Source: an uncultured Oscillospiraceae bacterium
Lineage (GTDB): Bacteria; Bacillota; Clostridia; Oscillospirales; Oscillospiraceae
Direction: 5' to 3'
Assembly (NCBI GenBank): GCA_949916125.1
Contig: CATLEJ010000001.1
Coordinates: forward strand, 1 to 60,214
Length of the DNA stretch: 60,214 nt
The translations under genes and the position numbers were made by a program. Positions 1-9,182 of this stretch are shown piece after piece; the stretch's first letter is position 1, and each line of letters opens with the position of its first letter. The notes beneath the pieces are model-generated. The model was not told the DNA's origin, ran no database searches, and saw only the letters and a list, made by a program, of their open reading frames with translations.

Positions 1-170
1 ATCGGTTATAGGGAAAAACTGGTTCCTTCACATACACGCAACAAATAATCTGCATTGATGGAGCGCCGTGTGCGGTGAAAGTCGCACGCACGGTGCGAAG
101 CGGGGGAAAATCCGCTCTGACTGCTGTTCTCTTAGGAGGACAGTAAAAGCGGCGGATTACCTATCGCTAT
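1..170 (+). mobile_element. 3' end of group II intron (copy A of the intron at 15964-18699): end of IEP ORF, domain V and domain VI
   Basis: 1-170 aligns with 18530-18699 with 7 substitutions. DV-like GCGCCGTGTGCGGTGAAAGTCGCACGCACGGTGC at about 63-96. Ends ...CCTATCGCTAT. IEP tail IGYREKLVPSHTRNK* (TAA 46-48). Confidence 0.93.
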
Positions 171-401
171 CAGCTCACCGAACTGTACCGCTGCATCCAC
201 GAAACCCTGGATAGCGAATATCCGATGACCGCAGAGCGCCAAAAGCTCCTGACCGGGATTTCGGAGCAGCTCCAGTGTGCTGTGGATGATTTGGACGAGC
301 GCGTCAGTCTGTCCAACCAGCGGGAACTGGAGACGATAGAGCAGCACGGGCCGGAGATGCCGGGGGACATTCACAACCAGGGAGGTATGTGCTTTGAATA
401 A
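171..401 (+). CDS. 3' exon of an intron-interrupted hypothetical gene (QLTELYRCIHETLDS...NQGGMCFE*)
   Basis: Open frame runs from the intron 3' boundary to TAA 399-401, overlaps the next start and carries the shared C-terminal tail. The 5' exon is outside the window. Confidence 0.75.
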   Translation, partial: QLTELYRCIHETLDSEYPMTAERQKLLTGISEQLQCAVDDLDERVSLSNQRELETIEQHGPEMPGDIHNQGGMCFE

Positions 402-942
402 CACAGAAAAAACGGCAGCGACCCCGCAGGGGGCCGGAAAATCCTATACGGTAGAGGAGCTTCTCACCCTGATGGGGCCTGAATTTCAGAGACAGAAGGA
501 CGTCATGCGCCAGTGCATCGCCGGTCTCACGGAATACGCCGCCCAACTGGCGGTACGGGGCCAGGAGGATCAACTCCCCCGGCTCCGTATGGTCTGCATC
601 GAGATGGCGGAGTTTTGGGGGCTGGCTGAGGAGGATACGCCGGAAGGCGTTCGGAATATGGCGGAGCAATATGGCAGCGCCTTCGACCACGCGGTGTCAA
701 CCGCCCGAGGCGCCGGCTGCGCGCCGGATCTGGGTGAGCAGGCTGTACAAAACACCCTCGCAGGCTTGGAACTCTACGCCCAGGAGCTGCGGGCCAACGA
801 CAAAGGGCTGGAGGATTGGGCTGTGGAGTGCGAGATCCTCGCGGAGGATCTGGAGGAATTTGCGGCACGGTCCGGACCGGAGGAACTGGAGGCGGCGGAA
901 CAGCAGGCGGACGGCGGGCCAGGGATGGAGATGTCGCCGTGA
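394..942 (+). CDS. hypothetical protein, acidic, C-terminal GPGMEMSP tail
   Basis: 182-aa ORF, GGAGG SD at 381-385, TTG start, operon packing. Confidence 0.8.
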   Translation: MNNTEKTAATPQGAGKSYTVEELLTLMGPEFQRQKDVMRQCIAGLTEYAAQLAVRGQEDQLPRLRMVCIEMAEFWGLAEEDTPEGVRNMAEQYGSAFDHAVSTARGAGCAPDLGEQAVQNTLAGLELYAQELRANDKGLEDWAVECEILAEDLEEFAARSGPEELEAAEQQADGGPGMEMSP

Positions 943-1163
943 GAGTTCGATACAAACATAACCGGGAGCCGCAGTTCTATGAGTCCATGTGCCTGACCAC
1001 CACGCCCCACGAGCCGCCCCCCGCCGTCACTGGGCCGCAGAGCCATTGCGTTGGCTGTCCCTACCCCGGCCATGGCTTCGTGTGCGGCAACGGCGAAACG
1101 TGTCTGCGCACCGAGATGGCCCGGATCATGGAACGGGACAAGTCTGTTACTTCTGCCGGGTAG
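939..1163 (+). CDS. small Cys-rich hypothetical protein (CxxCPY...C...C)
   Basis: GTGA overlap with the upstream stop; four Cys in a possible metal-binding pattern. Confidence 0.55.
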   Translation: MRVRYKHNREPQFYESMCLTTTPHEPPPAVTGPQSHCVGCPYPGHGFVCGNGETCLRTEMARIMERDKSVTSAG

Positions 1164-1278
1164 CTTTTGGAGGGGATCTGTGGTAATGTTGCTGTTAATG
1201 CTGGTGAAGGGAGGTGAGCCTGTGGGTAAGCGAGGTCAGAAATTTCAAGTCAATACGTTCCGGCGCAAACAGTGTTTG

Positions 1279-1310
1279 GCCCCGTTTCAGTCAATGAAAC
1301 GGGGCTTTTT
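1279..1310 (+). terminator. intrinsic terminator-like hairpin
   Basis: GCCCCGTTTCA-gtcaa-TGAAACGGGGC followed by TTTTT. Confidence 0.75.
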
Positions 1311-1358
1311 CACGCCCCGCCAGAGGGACTTCCGACGCAAAAATCATAACAGGAAAGG

Positions 1359-2120
1359 ATGAAAACCATGAGCATCCAAAAAGAATGGCTGGACTTTCTG
1401 CGGGAGCAGTACCCCGTGGGCAGCCGGGTCAAGCTCCGGGAGATGGGCTCGGACGACCCGTGCCCCATCCAACCGGGATCTATGGGCACGCTCCAGTACA
1501 TCGACGATATGGGGACCGTTTTCGTGGCCTGGGACAACGGGCGCGGCCTGGGCCTGGTGATGGGCCAGGACTCCTTCACCGTCCTGCCGCCGCCCCCTCA
1601 GACGCTGAAGCTCTATATGCCCCTCACCGCCGACCTGTTCGAGCCGGACCAATACGGGAGCATGGGCGAGGAGAGCGAACTGCTGGAGGGGCGTGAGCTG
1701 CTGAAGTACGAGGATCAAATCACGGCGGCGCTGATCCGCAACCGGATGCCCGAGGAGGCGGAGCGTGGCGTCATGCACTGGTACCACGAAAATGACGCCG
1801 TGGCCGACAAGGTGCGCTCGGTGATGTTCGGCCTGGAACGGAGGGCGGGCCAGCTCTGGGGTGTGGCGGAGTGCCAGGTGCAGGGCGAGCTGACACCCGG
1901 GGAACTGGACACGCTGAAAGACTATGTCACCGGCCAAGCCTCGGACGGCTGGGGCGAGGGCTTTGAACAGCGGGAGCTTGACGCCGGTGACGGCGCGGAG
2001 CTGTACGTCCACCTCTGGAATTCGGACGATTGGAGTCTCCAGACGGAGCAGGAGCGGTTCGGACCGGAGCAGGCCCAGGACGGCCCCCGGCAAGTGCAAG
2101 GAGAGATGAACCTTGCGTAA
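1359..2120 (+). CDS. DUF4314-domain protein
   Basis: N-terminal [13 protein letters not shown]...[25 protein letters not shown] matches the DUF4314 pattern common on Firmicutes ICEs. Confidence 0.8.
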   Translation: MKTMSIQKEWLDFLREQYPVGSRVKLREMGSDDPCPIQPGSMGTLQYIDDMGTVFVAWDNGRGLGLVMGQDSFTVLPPPPQTLKLYMPLTADLFEPDQYGSMGEESELLEGRELLKYEDQITAALIRNRMPEEAERGVMHWYHENDAVADKVRSVMFGLERRAGQLWGVAECQVQGELTPGELDTLKDYVTGQASDGWGEGFEQRELDAGDGAELYVHLWNSDDWSLQTEQERFGPEQAQDGPRQVQGEMNLA

Positions 2121-3219
2121 AGTGTTTGAGGTGGAGCTGGCGTCCGAAGGCGGCTGCACGGAGCTTACCCTCCCCGCCACCCCCTACGCCATGCTGGACG
2201 CATTGGAAAAGCTGTGGCTGGCAAATGGGGAAAAACCTGAGTGGGAGCTGCTCAGGACGCATGAAGCTGGCCGCGCGTTTCGGCATCTGGATCAGAGGAA
2301 CGGTTCCCTGGCTGAATTGAACGCCGTGGCTCAGCGGCTTGCACAGCTGGACAAATCGGGGCTGACGATTTTTGAGGGGCTGGCCGCGATGGAACACAAA
2401 CCGCTGGATCAGCCTTTTCCCCTGTCCCGGCTGATCGACCTGGTCTACAGCACGGACTGCTGCCATCTGGTGGAAGGGGTGGTGACCGACGCCCAACTGG
2501 GCCGGTTCTGCGCAGAAAACGGCTTTGTACCGGAAGCTGACGATCTCTCTGACGCGGCGTTCGCGCTGCTGGACTTTGAGCGGATCGGTAAACAGTTCCG
2601 TGAAACCGAGGGCGGTATCTTCACCAAAGGCGGCTACGTCCAGCGGCACGATGAGTTGAAGCAGGTGTACCAAGCTCTGGATCTGACGCTGAAAAAGCCG
2701 GACTACGCCATCCTGGCGGAGCTGCCGGACGGCAGCCGGGTGGAACTGCCCACGCCGCTGGGCAAAACCGTGGTGGAGGAACCCGCCCGGTGTGTGGACT
2801 GCGCCGCCCCCGCCCTCAACGGCCTCACCGCCATGCGCTCCACCCTGGATCTGCTGGCCTTCCGTCTGGCGGAGCTGGAGGTGGATGGCGAGCTGGCCAA
2901 ATACAAGGCGGTGCTGGCCGCCACCGGCTGCGATGATATCGCCCAGGCGCTGACGCTGGCGGATGGGCTGGATCAGTACGCCTTCGACCCGGAGCCGCGT
3001 GAGCCGGACGAGGTAGCCAGCGGCCACCTGAAGAATCTGCTCCCGGAGGAGGAGCTGACGGCCCTGCTTCCCAACGTAGTCCTATACCGCTATGGGCAGG
3101 CCCTGATGGAGCAGAGCGGTGGGAAGCTCACCAGGTACGGCTATGTCCAGCCCGCCGTCGGCCCCGTCCAGGACATAGTTCGGGAACAAACGCAGGCGGA
3201 AGGGATGAGCTTTGCCTAA
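2113..3219 (+). CDS. acidic hypothetical protein, ArdA-antirestriction-like motifs
   Basis: 368 aa; twice-repeated D(F/Y)xxxG...G.FT..GYV motif reminiscent of the ArdA C-terminal domain. Confidence 0.55.
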   Translation: MRKVFEVELASEGGCTELTLPATPYAMLDALEKLWLANGEKPEWELLRTHEAGRAFRHLDQRNGSLAELNAVAQRLAQLDKSGLTIFEGLAAMEHKPLDQPFPLSRLIDLVYSTDCCHLVEGVVTDAQLGRFCAENGFVPEADDLSDAAFALLDFERIGKQFRETEGGIFTKGGYVQRHDELKQVYQALDLTLKKPDYAILAELPDGSRVELPTPLGKTVVEEPARCVDCAAPALNGLTAMRSTLDLLAFRLAELEVDGELAKYKAVLAATGCDDIAQALTLADGLDQYAFDPEPREPDEVASGHLKNLLPEEELTALLPNVVLYRYGQALMEQSGGKLTRYGYVQPAVGPVQDIVREQTQAEGMSFA

Positions 3220-3270
3220 CGCGGCCTGCATCAAAAAAGGAGGGGTCTGGAGTGGACACGGGCACAGATT

Positions 3271-3387
3271 ATGATGTGCGGACAAAGGTATCATTCAATC
3301 CACTGTATGGCGGAGGAAACGGATATGACATGGCTGGACCGGCTGGAGGACGCCGTATTCAGCCCCGGAGAAATGGAGATGCAATGA
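3271..3387 (+). CDS. micro-ORF (38 aa) ending SPGEMEMQ*, not in ORF track
   Basis: Open frame with ATGA overlap into the next gene; carries the shared C-terminal tail; start uncertain (3271 or 3307). Confidence 0.4.
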   Translation: MMCGQRYHSIHCMAEETDMTWLDRLEDAVFSPGEMEMQ

Positions 3388-4400
3388 ACGATTTTGACTA
3401 CCTTGCCCAGCTCCCCGGCGAGGAGCGGGAGCAGAATTGGATCAGGACGCGGCTGAAAACGCTGAGTGTGCGGGAGGGCATCATCTTGGCCGCCGCTGCC
3501 CAGGCCGACCAGCCCAAGGACGCCGTCCAGGCCATCAACCAGCTCCAGGCGCTGGATGTCTACCGGATCGTATGCGGCGCGGACAGCTATGAGCGGCTGG
3601 GGGAGTATTATCTGGCGCAATGCCGCGGAGTGCCGGATGACGTCAAACCCTATGTCGATCTGGCCCAAGTTGGGAAGCATTACACGGTCTTGCATCCCGG
3701 CCGGTTTCTGAACGGCTGCTATGTGGCCTACCCGGACATCACACCCACCCCCACCTACCAGGGTCAGGGCGCGCCCCTGCCCAACGACGGCAACTGGACG
3801 GTCAAAATGAAAATCGCGTCCCCCAGCCTGCCGGAGGGCGTGTGGATGCGGCTGCCCTGGGAGGACGGCCTGGGGGATAAGACCAGCATCGAAGAAGAAG
3901 TGACGCTCAACGCGCTTCACGCCCAGAGTTGGGCGGAATGCGCCCTGCTGGACGCCCGGTGCATCCTGCCCGAAGCGGGCGATCTCATGGAGCAGTACAG
4001 CGATGTGGAGGAACTGATCCGGGACGGCCTCAGTCTGGCTGACGCCCTTTGGTGGCCCTTGGGTGAGGATACCCCGTGGTATCCCGCCGCGCTGCGGCTG
4101 GAACACTGTCAGAACCTCAAGCTGGCCCTGGATATTTCGCGCAATCCCGACTGTTACCGCTGGCTGCCCCGGGTCGATCTGGAGGCATCCGCAAAAGAGG
4201 CGCTGACGCAGGCCGGGGTGTCGGAAAAGATCACTCAGTCCGGTGGCGTTGGCCTGCGGAGCTATGGGGCGCACCTGCTGGAAAAGCAGGGGTATACCCT
4301 GACCGCGGATGGGGGCGGTTACATCGCCCGGACCGCTCAGGAGTTCCACTATTCCCACAGCACCCCCGCCCCGGAGCAGTCCGGGATGGTGATGCAGTGA
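3384..4400 (+). CDS. hypothetical protein, tandem paralog 1 (ArdA-like motifs)
   Basis: Start MNDFDYLAQLPGEERE matches the paralog start at 4424; YVDLAQVGK..Y and ..G..LLEKQGY....GYI motifs. Confidence 0.8.
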   Translation: MNDFDYLAQLPGEEREQNWIRTRLKTLSVREGIILAAAAQADQPKDAVQAINQLQALDVYRIVCGADSYERLGEYYLAQCRGVPDDVKPYVDLAQVGKHYTVLHPGRFLNGCYVAYPDITPTPTYQGQGAPLPNDGNWTVKMKIASPSLPEGVWMRLPWEDGLGDKTSIEEEVTLNALHAQSWAECALLDARCILPEAGDLMEQYSDVEELIRDGLSLADALWWPLGEDTPWYPAALRLEHCQNLKLALDISRNPDCYRWLPRVDLEASAKEALTQAGVSEKITQSGGVGLRSYGAHLLEKQGYTLTADGGGYIARTAQEFHYSHSTPAPEQSGMVMQ

Positions 4401-4423
4401 TTTGGATGGAGGTGAAAGATCCA

Positions 4424-5467
4424 ATGCACGAATTTGATTATCTGGCCCAGCTCCCCGGCGAGGAACGGGAGCAAAACTGGATCAGGATGCGGCTGGGGAC
4501 GCTGAGCGTCCGGGAGGGCATCGTCCTGGCTGCCGCGGCCCAGGCCGATCCGCCCGAGGACGCCGTCCAGGCCATCAACCAGCTCCAGGCCCTGGACGAG
4601 TACACGGTGCGCATGGACGCTGGCAGTTATGAGGCGCTGGGCAGGCGGCACCTGATCAACGACACCGCCATGCCGGTGGACGCCCTGGCCTTCGCCGACC
4701 TGGATGCGGTGGGGCGGCAGTATGAGGACAGGCATCCCGGCCTGTTCATCGGCAGCTGCTATGTCCAGTACCCGGAAACGCCCCCCGAGCCGGTCTACCG
4801 GCCCGGCATGGCCCTCCCCACCGACGACGGCTGGAGCGTCAAGATGAAGCTGGCTTCCCCCGCTGTGCCGGAGGGGGTGTGGCTGCGCCTGCCTGGGCCG
4901 TTCGAGGACGGCAGTGAGGATGTGGTGAAGGAAGAACTGGAGGTAGGGGTGGCCCTGCGGGAGCTGCGTGTACGTTTTGGGGCCGAATGCACTTTGATGG
5001 ATGCCCAATGCGTTTTGCCCAAAGCCGGGGATTTGGTGGCCCAATACAGCAGCGATATTGAGGGCCTGTTTTACGATGCGCACAACCTGGGCTGTGTGCT
5101 GAACGAGATAGGCCAGGGCTCCCCGCACTTCATGGAGCGGTATGCCGCCGCGCTGGCGCTGGAGGGCTGCCAAAACCTGAAGCTGGCGCTGGACATCTCG
5201 CAAAACCTCAACTGCTACGACTGGATGCAGCGCGCCGATCTGGAGGAGTCCGGCAGGTGCAAGCTGCTGGACGTCGGCATGACGGAGGAGCAGATCCGGG
5301 CCAGCGGCATTGACCTGGCGGGCTACAAAGCCCACCTTCTGGAGAAGGAGGGGTACACGCCCACCGCGGACGGCTGGGGTTATATCCGCCGCAACGCCAA
5401 CGAGTTCTACTACCAGTTCAGCACCCCCGCCCAGCCCCAGGAGGAGCCTGGGATCACAATGCAATAA
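4424..5467 (+). CDS. hypothetical protein, tandem paralog 2 (ArdA-like motifs)
   Basis: GGAGGTGA SD then MHEFDYLAQLPGEERE; colinear homology with 3384-4400. Confidence 0.8.
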   Translation: MHEFDYLAQLPGEEREQNWIRMRLGTLSVREGIVLAAAAQADPPEDAVQAINQLQALDEYTVRMDAGSYEALGRRHLINDTAMPVDALAFADLDAVGRQYEDRHPGLFIGSCYVQYPETPPEPVYRPGMALPTDDGWSVKMKLASPAVPEGVWLRLPGPFEDGSEDVVKEELEVGVALRELRVRFGAECTLMDAQCVLPKAGDLVAQYSSDIEGLFYDAHNLGCVLNEIGQGSPHFMERYAAALALEGCQNLKLALDISQNLNCYDWMQRADLEESGRCKLLDVGMTEEQIRASGIDLAGYKAHLLEKEGYTPTADGWGYIRRNANEFYYQFSTPAQPQEEPGITMQ

Positions 5468-5476
5468 TGCATTTAC

Positions 5477-5519
5477 AGGGGCCGTTTTCCCGATAAGGGT
5501 ATCGGCCCCTTCTTTTTTT
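5477..5519 (+). terminator. intrinsic terminator
   Basis: AGGGGCCG...CGGCCCCT stem followed by a T-run. Confidence 0.7.
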
Positions 5520-5570
5520 GCGTCTATATGCCCCTTTTCCGGGAAAATGCCCCCGAAAAAGGAGGACGTC

Positions 5571-5912
5571 ATGAAAGAAGAACAGCTCCTGGCCTATCTG
5601 AAGGCCAATTGCTTCGGGCGGAAAAAGAGCCAGACCCGGGGCCAGCTCCAGCGGAAGCTGGGGCTCAGCAAAGACCAGCTCACCAACATGGTCCACCGGA
5701 TGCGCTGCAAGGGCCTGCCCATCGCGGGCGGGCCGCTGGGGTACTACTACGCCCAGAACGCCGGGGAACTCCACGCCACCATCCGCTGGCTGGAGAAGAT
5801 GGTGCGCACCCTGCTCAAATCCATTGAGGGGCTGGTCAAGGCCATGGAGTCCTTCGGGCCCATGGAGGCCGGGGACGAAAAAGACGGCGGGCCGGGGGGT
5901 GACAGCCCCTGA
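5571..5912 (+). CDS. small HTH-domain protein
   Basis: AGGAGG SD; TRGQLQRKLGLSKDQLTNMVHRMRCKGLPI...GYYY winged-HTH-like pattern. Confidence 0.7.
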   Translation: MKEEQLLAYLKANCFGRKKSQTRGQLQRKLGLSKDQLTNMVHRMRCKGLPIAGGPLGYYYAQNAGELHATIRWLEKMVRTLLKSIEGLVKAMESFGPMEAGDEKDGGPGGDSP

Positions 5913-6880
5913 AAAGCTTCATCCCCTGGGTGGGCGGCAAGGGCAGACTGCTGTGGCTGATCAATAAGCTGGCCCCCGCCCGGTACGCCCGGTTTGTGGA
6001 CGTATTCGGCGGCAGCGGCACCGTCACCCTGGGCCGTCCCCTGCGCCGGGGCTGCATTGAGATCTACAACGATTTCAACAGCAACCTCACCAACCTGTTC
6101 TGCTGTGTGAAGGAGCGCACCATGGCCCTGCTTCGGGAGCTGGGCTTTCTGCCGCTGAATTCCCGGGACGATTTCGACGTCCTGTACAAGTTCTTCTCCC
6201 GCCAGGAGTTCACCGACGACTATCTGGAGGAGGAACTGGAGCTGACGCAAATTTTTCTTGACCCACCCCAGAGGGAGGCTGTCCGCCGCCTGATGCTGGA
6301 GCGCGCGCCTCGGGGCGATTTGCGCCGGGCGGCGGACTACTTCAAGCTGGTGCGGTACAGCTTCAGCGGCGGGGCCAGCGCCTTTGCGGGCCGCCCCTGC
6401 GATATCCGCCGCTTTTTTCATCTGATCTGGGAATGTTCCCGCAGGCTGAAGGACGTGGTGATCGAAAACAAGGACTTTGAGAAGCTCATTGAACAGTACG
6501 ACCGGGAAAACACCTTTTTCTACTGCGACCCGCCCTATTATGACGCCGAGTGCTATGAGGTGGCCTTCCCCAAGGCCGACCACATCCGGCTCCACGACGC
6601 GCTGGCCCGGTGCAAGGGGCTGGTGATGGTGTCCTACAACTACTGCCCTTTCATCACGGAGCTGTACCAGGATTTTTACATCTTCCACACCAAGCGGCCC
6701 AACAGTATGTCCCAGACGGCGGGCAGCGAGTACGAGGAGGTGGTGATGACCAACTACGACCCCCGCATCCTGGGCGCGGACCGGGGCTGGCAGATCAGCC
6801 TGTTCCAGCGCCCGGAGGACGGCGGAGGGACATACCGGCTCATCCACGAACCCAACAAAAATAAGGAGGAATTCCAATGA
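5909..6880 (+). CDS. DNA adenine methyltransferase (Dam/D12 class)
   Basis: PWVGGK, DVFGGSG SAM-binding motif, NDFN, catalytic DPPY; probable CTG start at 5909 (CTGA overlap). Confidence 0.92.
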   Translation: MKSFIPWVGGKGRLLWLINKLAPARYARFVDVFGGSGTVTLGRPLRRGCIEIYNDFNSNLTNLFCCVKERTMALLRELGFLPLNSRDDFDVLYKFFSRQEFTDDYLEEELELTQIFLDPPQREAVRRLMLERAPRGDLRRAADYFKLVRYSFSGGASAFAGRPCDIRRFFHLIWECSRRLKDVVIENKDFEKLIEQYDRENTFFYCDPPYYDAECYEVAFPKADHIRLHDALARCKGLVMVSYNYCPFITELYQDFYIFHTKRPNSMSQTAGSEYEEVVMTNYDPRILGADRGWQISLFQRPEDGGGTYRLIHEPNKNKEEFQ

Positions 6881-7401
6881 ACAAGCAGAAAAATGTAACT
6901 TTCTCTATCCCCGTGGAGGACGCGGAGTACTGCGGCCTCACTCCGGACAGCGAGATCACGATCCACGCCGGGGAGAATGTGCTGATGGTGACGCCCAAGG
7001 AGATGACCGTCCTGCAGGCCGCCCTGGCCACCAGGTCGCTGATCGAGGTGGCGTGTACGCTCATCGGCGGCATCAGGAAAACCTGCGGCAAGTGCGTGGA
7101 GCGGCGCTGCGCCGACAGCTGTCCCTACGGCCCCCTGGAGGAGCCGGGCAAGTGCCCCTATTGGGACGCGGAGCCGGAGGTGGAGCTGTCGGACAGCGCC
7201 CGGGAGGCGCTGGGCATCCCGCTGGACGCCAAGCTCCAGCTTTTGCCTGACGAGGGCGAGGGGCTGGTATGCGCGGCGGACTACGAGCACGACATCACCG
7301 ATATCCCCGCCCAGGTGCTGGCCGCGCTGGATTACGCCGGCGTGTGCCGGGGGCGGCTGGACGAGGCGGTGATGAACAACGAGGTGATCCGCCATGGCTG
7401 A
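6877..7401 (+). CDS. hypothetical protein (possible AbrB-like folds, Cys cluster)
   Basis: AAGGAGG SD, ATGA overlap, 174 aa. Confidence 0.7.
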   Translation: MNKQKNVTFSIPVEDAEYCGLTPDSEITIHAGENVLMVTPKEMTVLQAALATRSLIEVACTLIGGIRKTCGKCVERRCADSCPYGPLEEPGKCPYWDAEPEVELSDSAREALGIPLDAKLQLLPDEGEGLVCAADYEHDITDIPAQVLAALDYAGVCRGRLDEAVMNNEVIRHG

Positions 7402-8137
7402 GTCGCCCTATCCCTATTCCCGGCAGGCGGCCAAGGGGCGGGGCGAGCTGGCCCGATGGAAGCGGAGCCACCAGGCCAACGTCAAATGCGCCCGGGACAT
7501 CAAAAACCTCATCGTTTCCCACACCCAGGATGGGCAACTGGAAGCGGACTGCGCCCGGACGGCGCTGGACTGGTGGGGCTTCCCCCGGGTGCAGTTGGTG
7601 CTGTCCAACACCCTGCGCGGCGCCAGCGGCCAGGGGTTCGACCCGGATGCCCTCCACTGGGCACAGACGGCCCAAGTCCCGTATGAAAAAGCTGCCGGCG
7701 AGTTCAAGCTCCAAGCGGACAGCGCCCTGCTGGCGCAGTTCCTCCGGCAGACCTACGACGAGTACCAGGCGCTGGGGATGTTCGGTCCCGGGCACTGCGT
7801 CGAGGCTGACCAGGACTACGCCGGGAAGGTGCTGGTTCTGCGCCCGGACAGGCTGAGGGAGGAGTGCTGGTCCGCCCAAAACCAGTTGTGGTACGGGGAA
7901 TGCGGCTTTGGCTGCTCCCCTGCCTCCAGGGGGCGGGCGGTGTACGCTACCTGCCTGGGGGACGGCGAGGAGGCCCGCTGGAACCGGGAGGACTTTATGG
8001 GCGTGCTGGACGGGCAATACCTGCCGGACTGGGCGGTGGAGAAGCTGGCCGAACTTCGCGGTCCCGCCCAGGAACAGGGCGAACCCGTTCAGGAACAGGC
8101 GGAAGGCCCCGCCCAGGGCGGCATGGAAATGGGGTGA
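7394..8137 (+). CDS. DUF3849-domain protein
   Basis: PYPYS...A...GEL..W..S..AN..CA..I pattern typical of DUF3849; C-terminal GGMEMG tail. Confidence 0.75.
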   Translation: MAESPYPYSRQAAKGRGELARWKRSHQANVKCARDIKNLIVSHTQDGQLEADCARTALDWWGFPRVQLVLSNTLRGASGQGFDPDALHWAQTAQVPYEKAAGEFKLQADSALLAQFLRQTYDEYQALGMFGPGHCVEADQDYAGKVLVLRPDRLREECWSAQNQLWYGECGFGCSPASRGRAVYATCLGDGEEARWNREDFMGVLDGQYLPDWAVEKLAELRGPAQEQGEPVQEQAEGPAQGGMEMG

Positions 8138-8142
8138 CGGCG

Positions 8143-8787
8143 ATGCTCCAATTCTACGTGGTGGACAACCTGTGGCAGGGGACGCTGAACACCGCCCATT
8201 TCCACTGCCTCCCCGACGCCGTCCAAGCGTATCGGGCGCTTCCCTCCGCCAACCATAAGGCGCTGGGCATCCAGCGCGGTGTTGAAGCCATCGACCTGGT
8301 GCAGTGCCTTCCCCTGTTCCCCGATGACCGGGAGGGCGAGGACGTGATGGTGCTGCGGTTCCTGGAATATCCCCTGTGGAAGTCCGACCCCCAGATCATG
8401 GAGGCGGGCCAGGAAGTGGCATCCCGGCTGCACATCCGTTACTGCCTGTTCCGGCGCTGCATCATCCCCGTCCCGGACCGGGACAAGCTGCCCCGCCCCC
8501 TGCGGGGCCGGTATCTCTGGCCCGATGAGCCCGGCGACTTCGCCACCGCCGCCCAGTGGATCTATGTGGCCGGGGCGGGCAGGCTGTCTGCGCTTGAATT
8601 CAAGCGCCGCTATATGGACGTGAACTCCGTCCAATACCCCCTGGTGGTCCACATCGGGGCCCATGGGATGGACAGCCGGGGCAATTACAAGGCCCTGCAA
8701 GTGACCCCGTGGGAATTTCATCTGTTGGCGCGCCGCTCCAAAGAGCGGCTTGACCAAAATAAAAACGAAACGAGGAATTTGAAATGA
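8143..8787 (+). CDS. hypothetical protein
   Basis: GGGGTGA SD before ATG 8143; operon packing. Confidence 0.7.
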   Translation: MLQFYVVDNLWQGTLNTAHFHCLPDAVQAYRALPSANHKALGIQRGVEAIDLVQCLPLFPDDREGEDVMVLRFLEYPLWKSDPQIMEAGQEVASRLHIRYCLFRRCIIPVPDRDKLPRPLRGRYLWPDEPGDFATAAQWIYVAGAGRLSALEFKRRYMDVNSVQYPLVVHIGAHGMDSRGNYKALQVTPWEFHLLARRSKERLDQNKNETRNLK

Positions 8788-9164
8788 ACCAGTTCGCAAA
8801 TCATGCTCCTGAGAGCAGGAACCCCATGCAGGTGGATGTGAAGATCCACACGCTGCACACCAGCGGCTCCGTCCTGGCCAGCGCCTCCGTGAACCTGAAC
8901 GGCTGCTTCGCCATCCGGGGGGTGAAGGTGGTGGACAGCCCCAAGGGCCCCTTTGTGTCCATGCCCAGCTATCAGGGCAGAAAAGGGTACACCGACGTCT
9001 GCTTCCCCTGCACCAAGGAGTTCCGGCAGCAGTTCAACGACGCGGTGCTGGATGCCTATCATCAGGAAATGGCCCAGGTCTTCCAGCGCAGCCAGTGCCA
9101 GGAACCCAACGGCGCGTTCCAGGAGGAGCCGGATGACTCCATGCTCCCGGACATGGCCATGTAA
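8784..9164 (+). CDS. spoVG: SpoVG-family nucleic-acid-binding protein
   Basis: LASASVNLNGCFAIRGVKVVDSPKGPFVSMPS...YTDVCFP...FRQQFNDAVLDAY is the SpoVG signature. Confidence 0.88.
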   Translation: MNQFANHAPESRNPMQVDVKIHTLHTSGSVLASASVNLNGCFAIRGVKVVDSPKGPFVSMPSYQGRKGYTDVCFPCTKEFRQQFNDAVLDAYHQEMAQVFQRSQCQEPNGAFQEEPDDSMLPDMAM

Positions 9165-9182
9165 AAGAGAGGAGAAACCATC

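Noticed and set aside
3384-5467. Diversity-generating retroelement (RT genes + near-identical repeats)
   Set aside because: Differences between the repeats are mostly synonymous third-position changes, not adenine-specific. Both RTs sit inside group II intron RNA structures.
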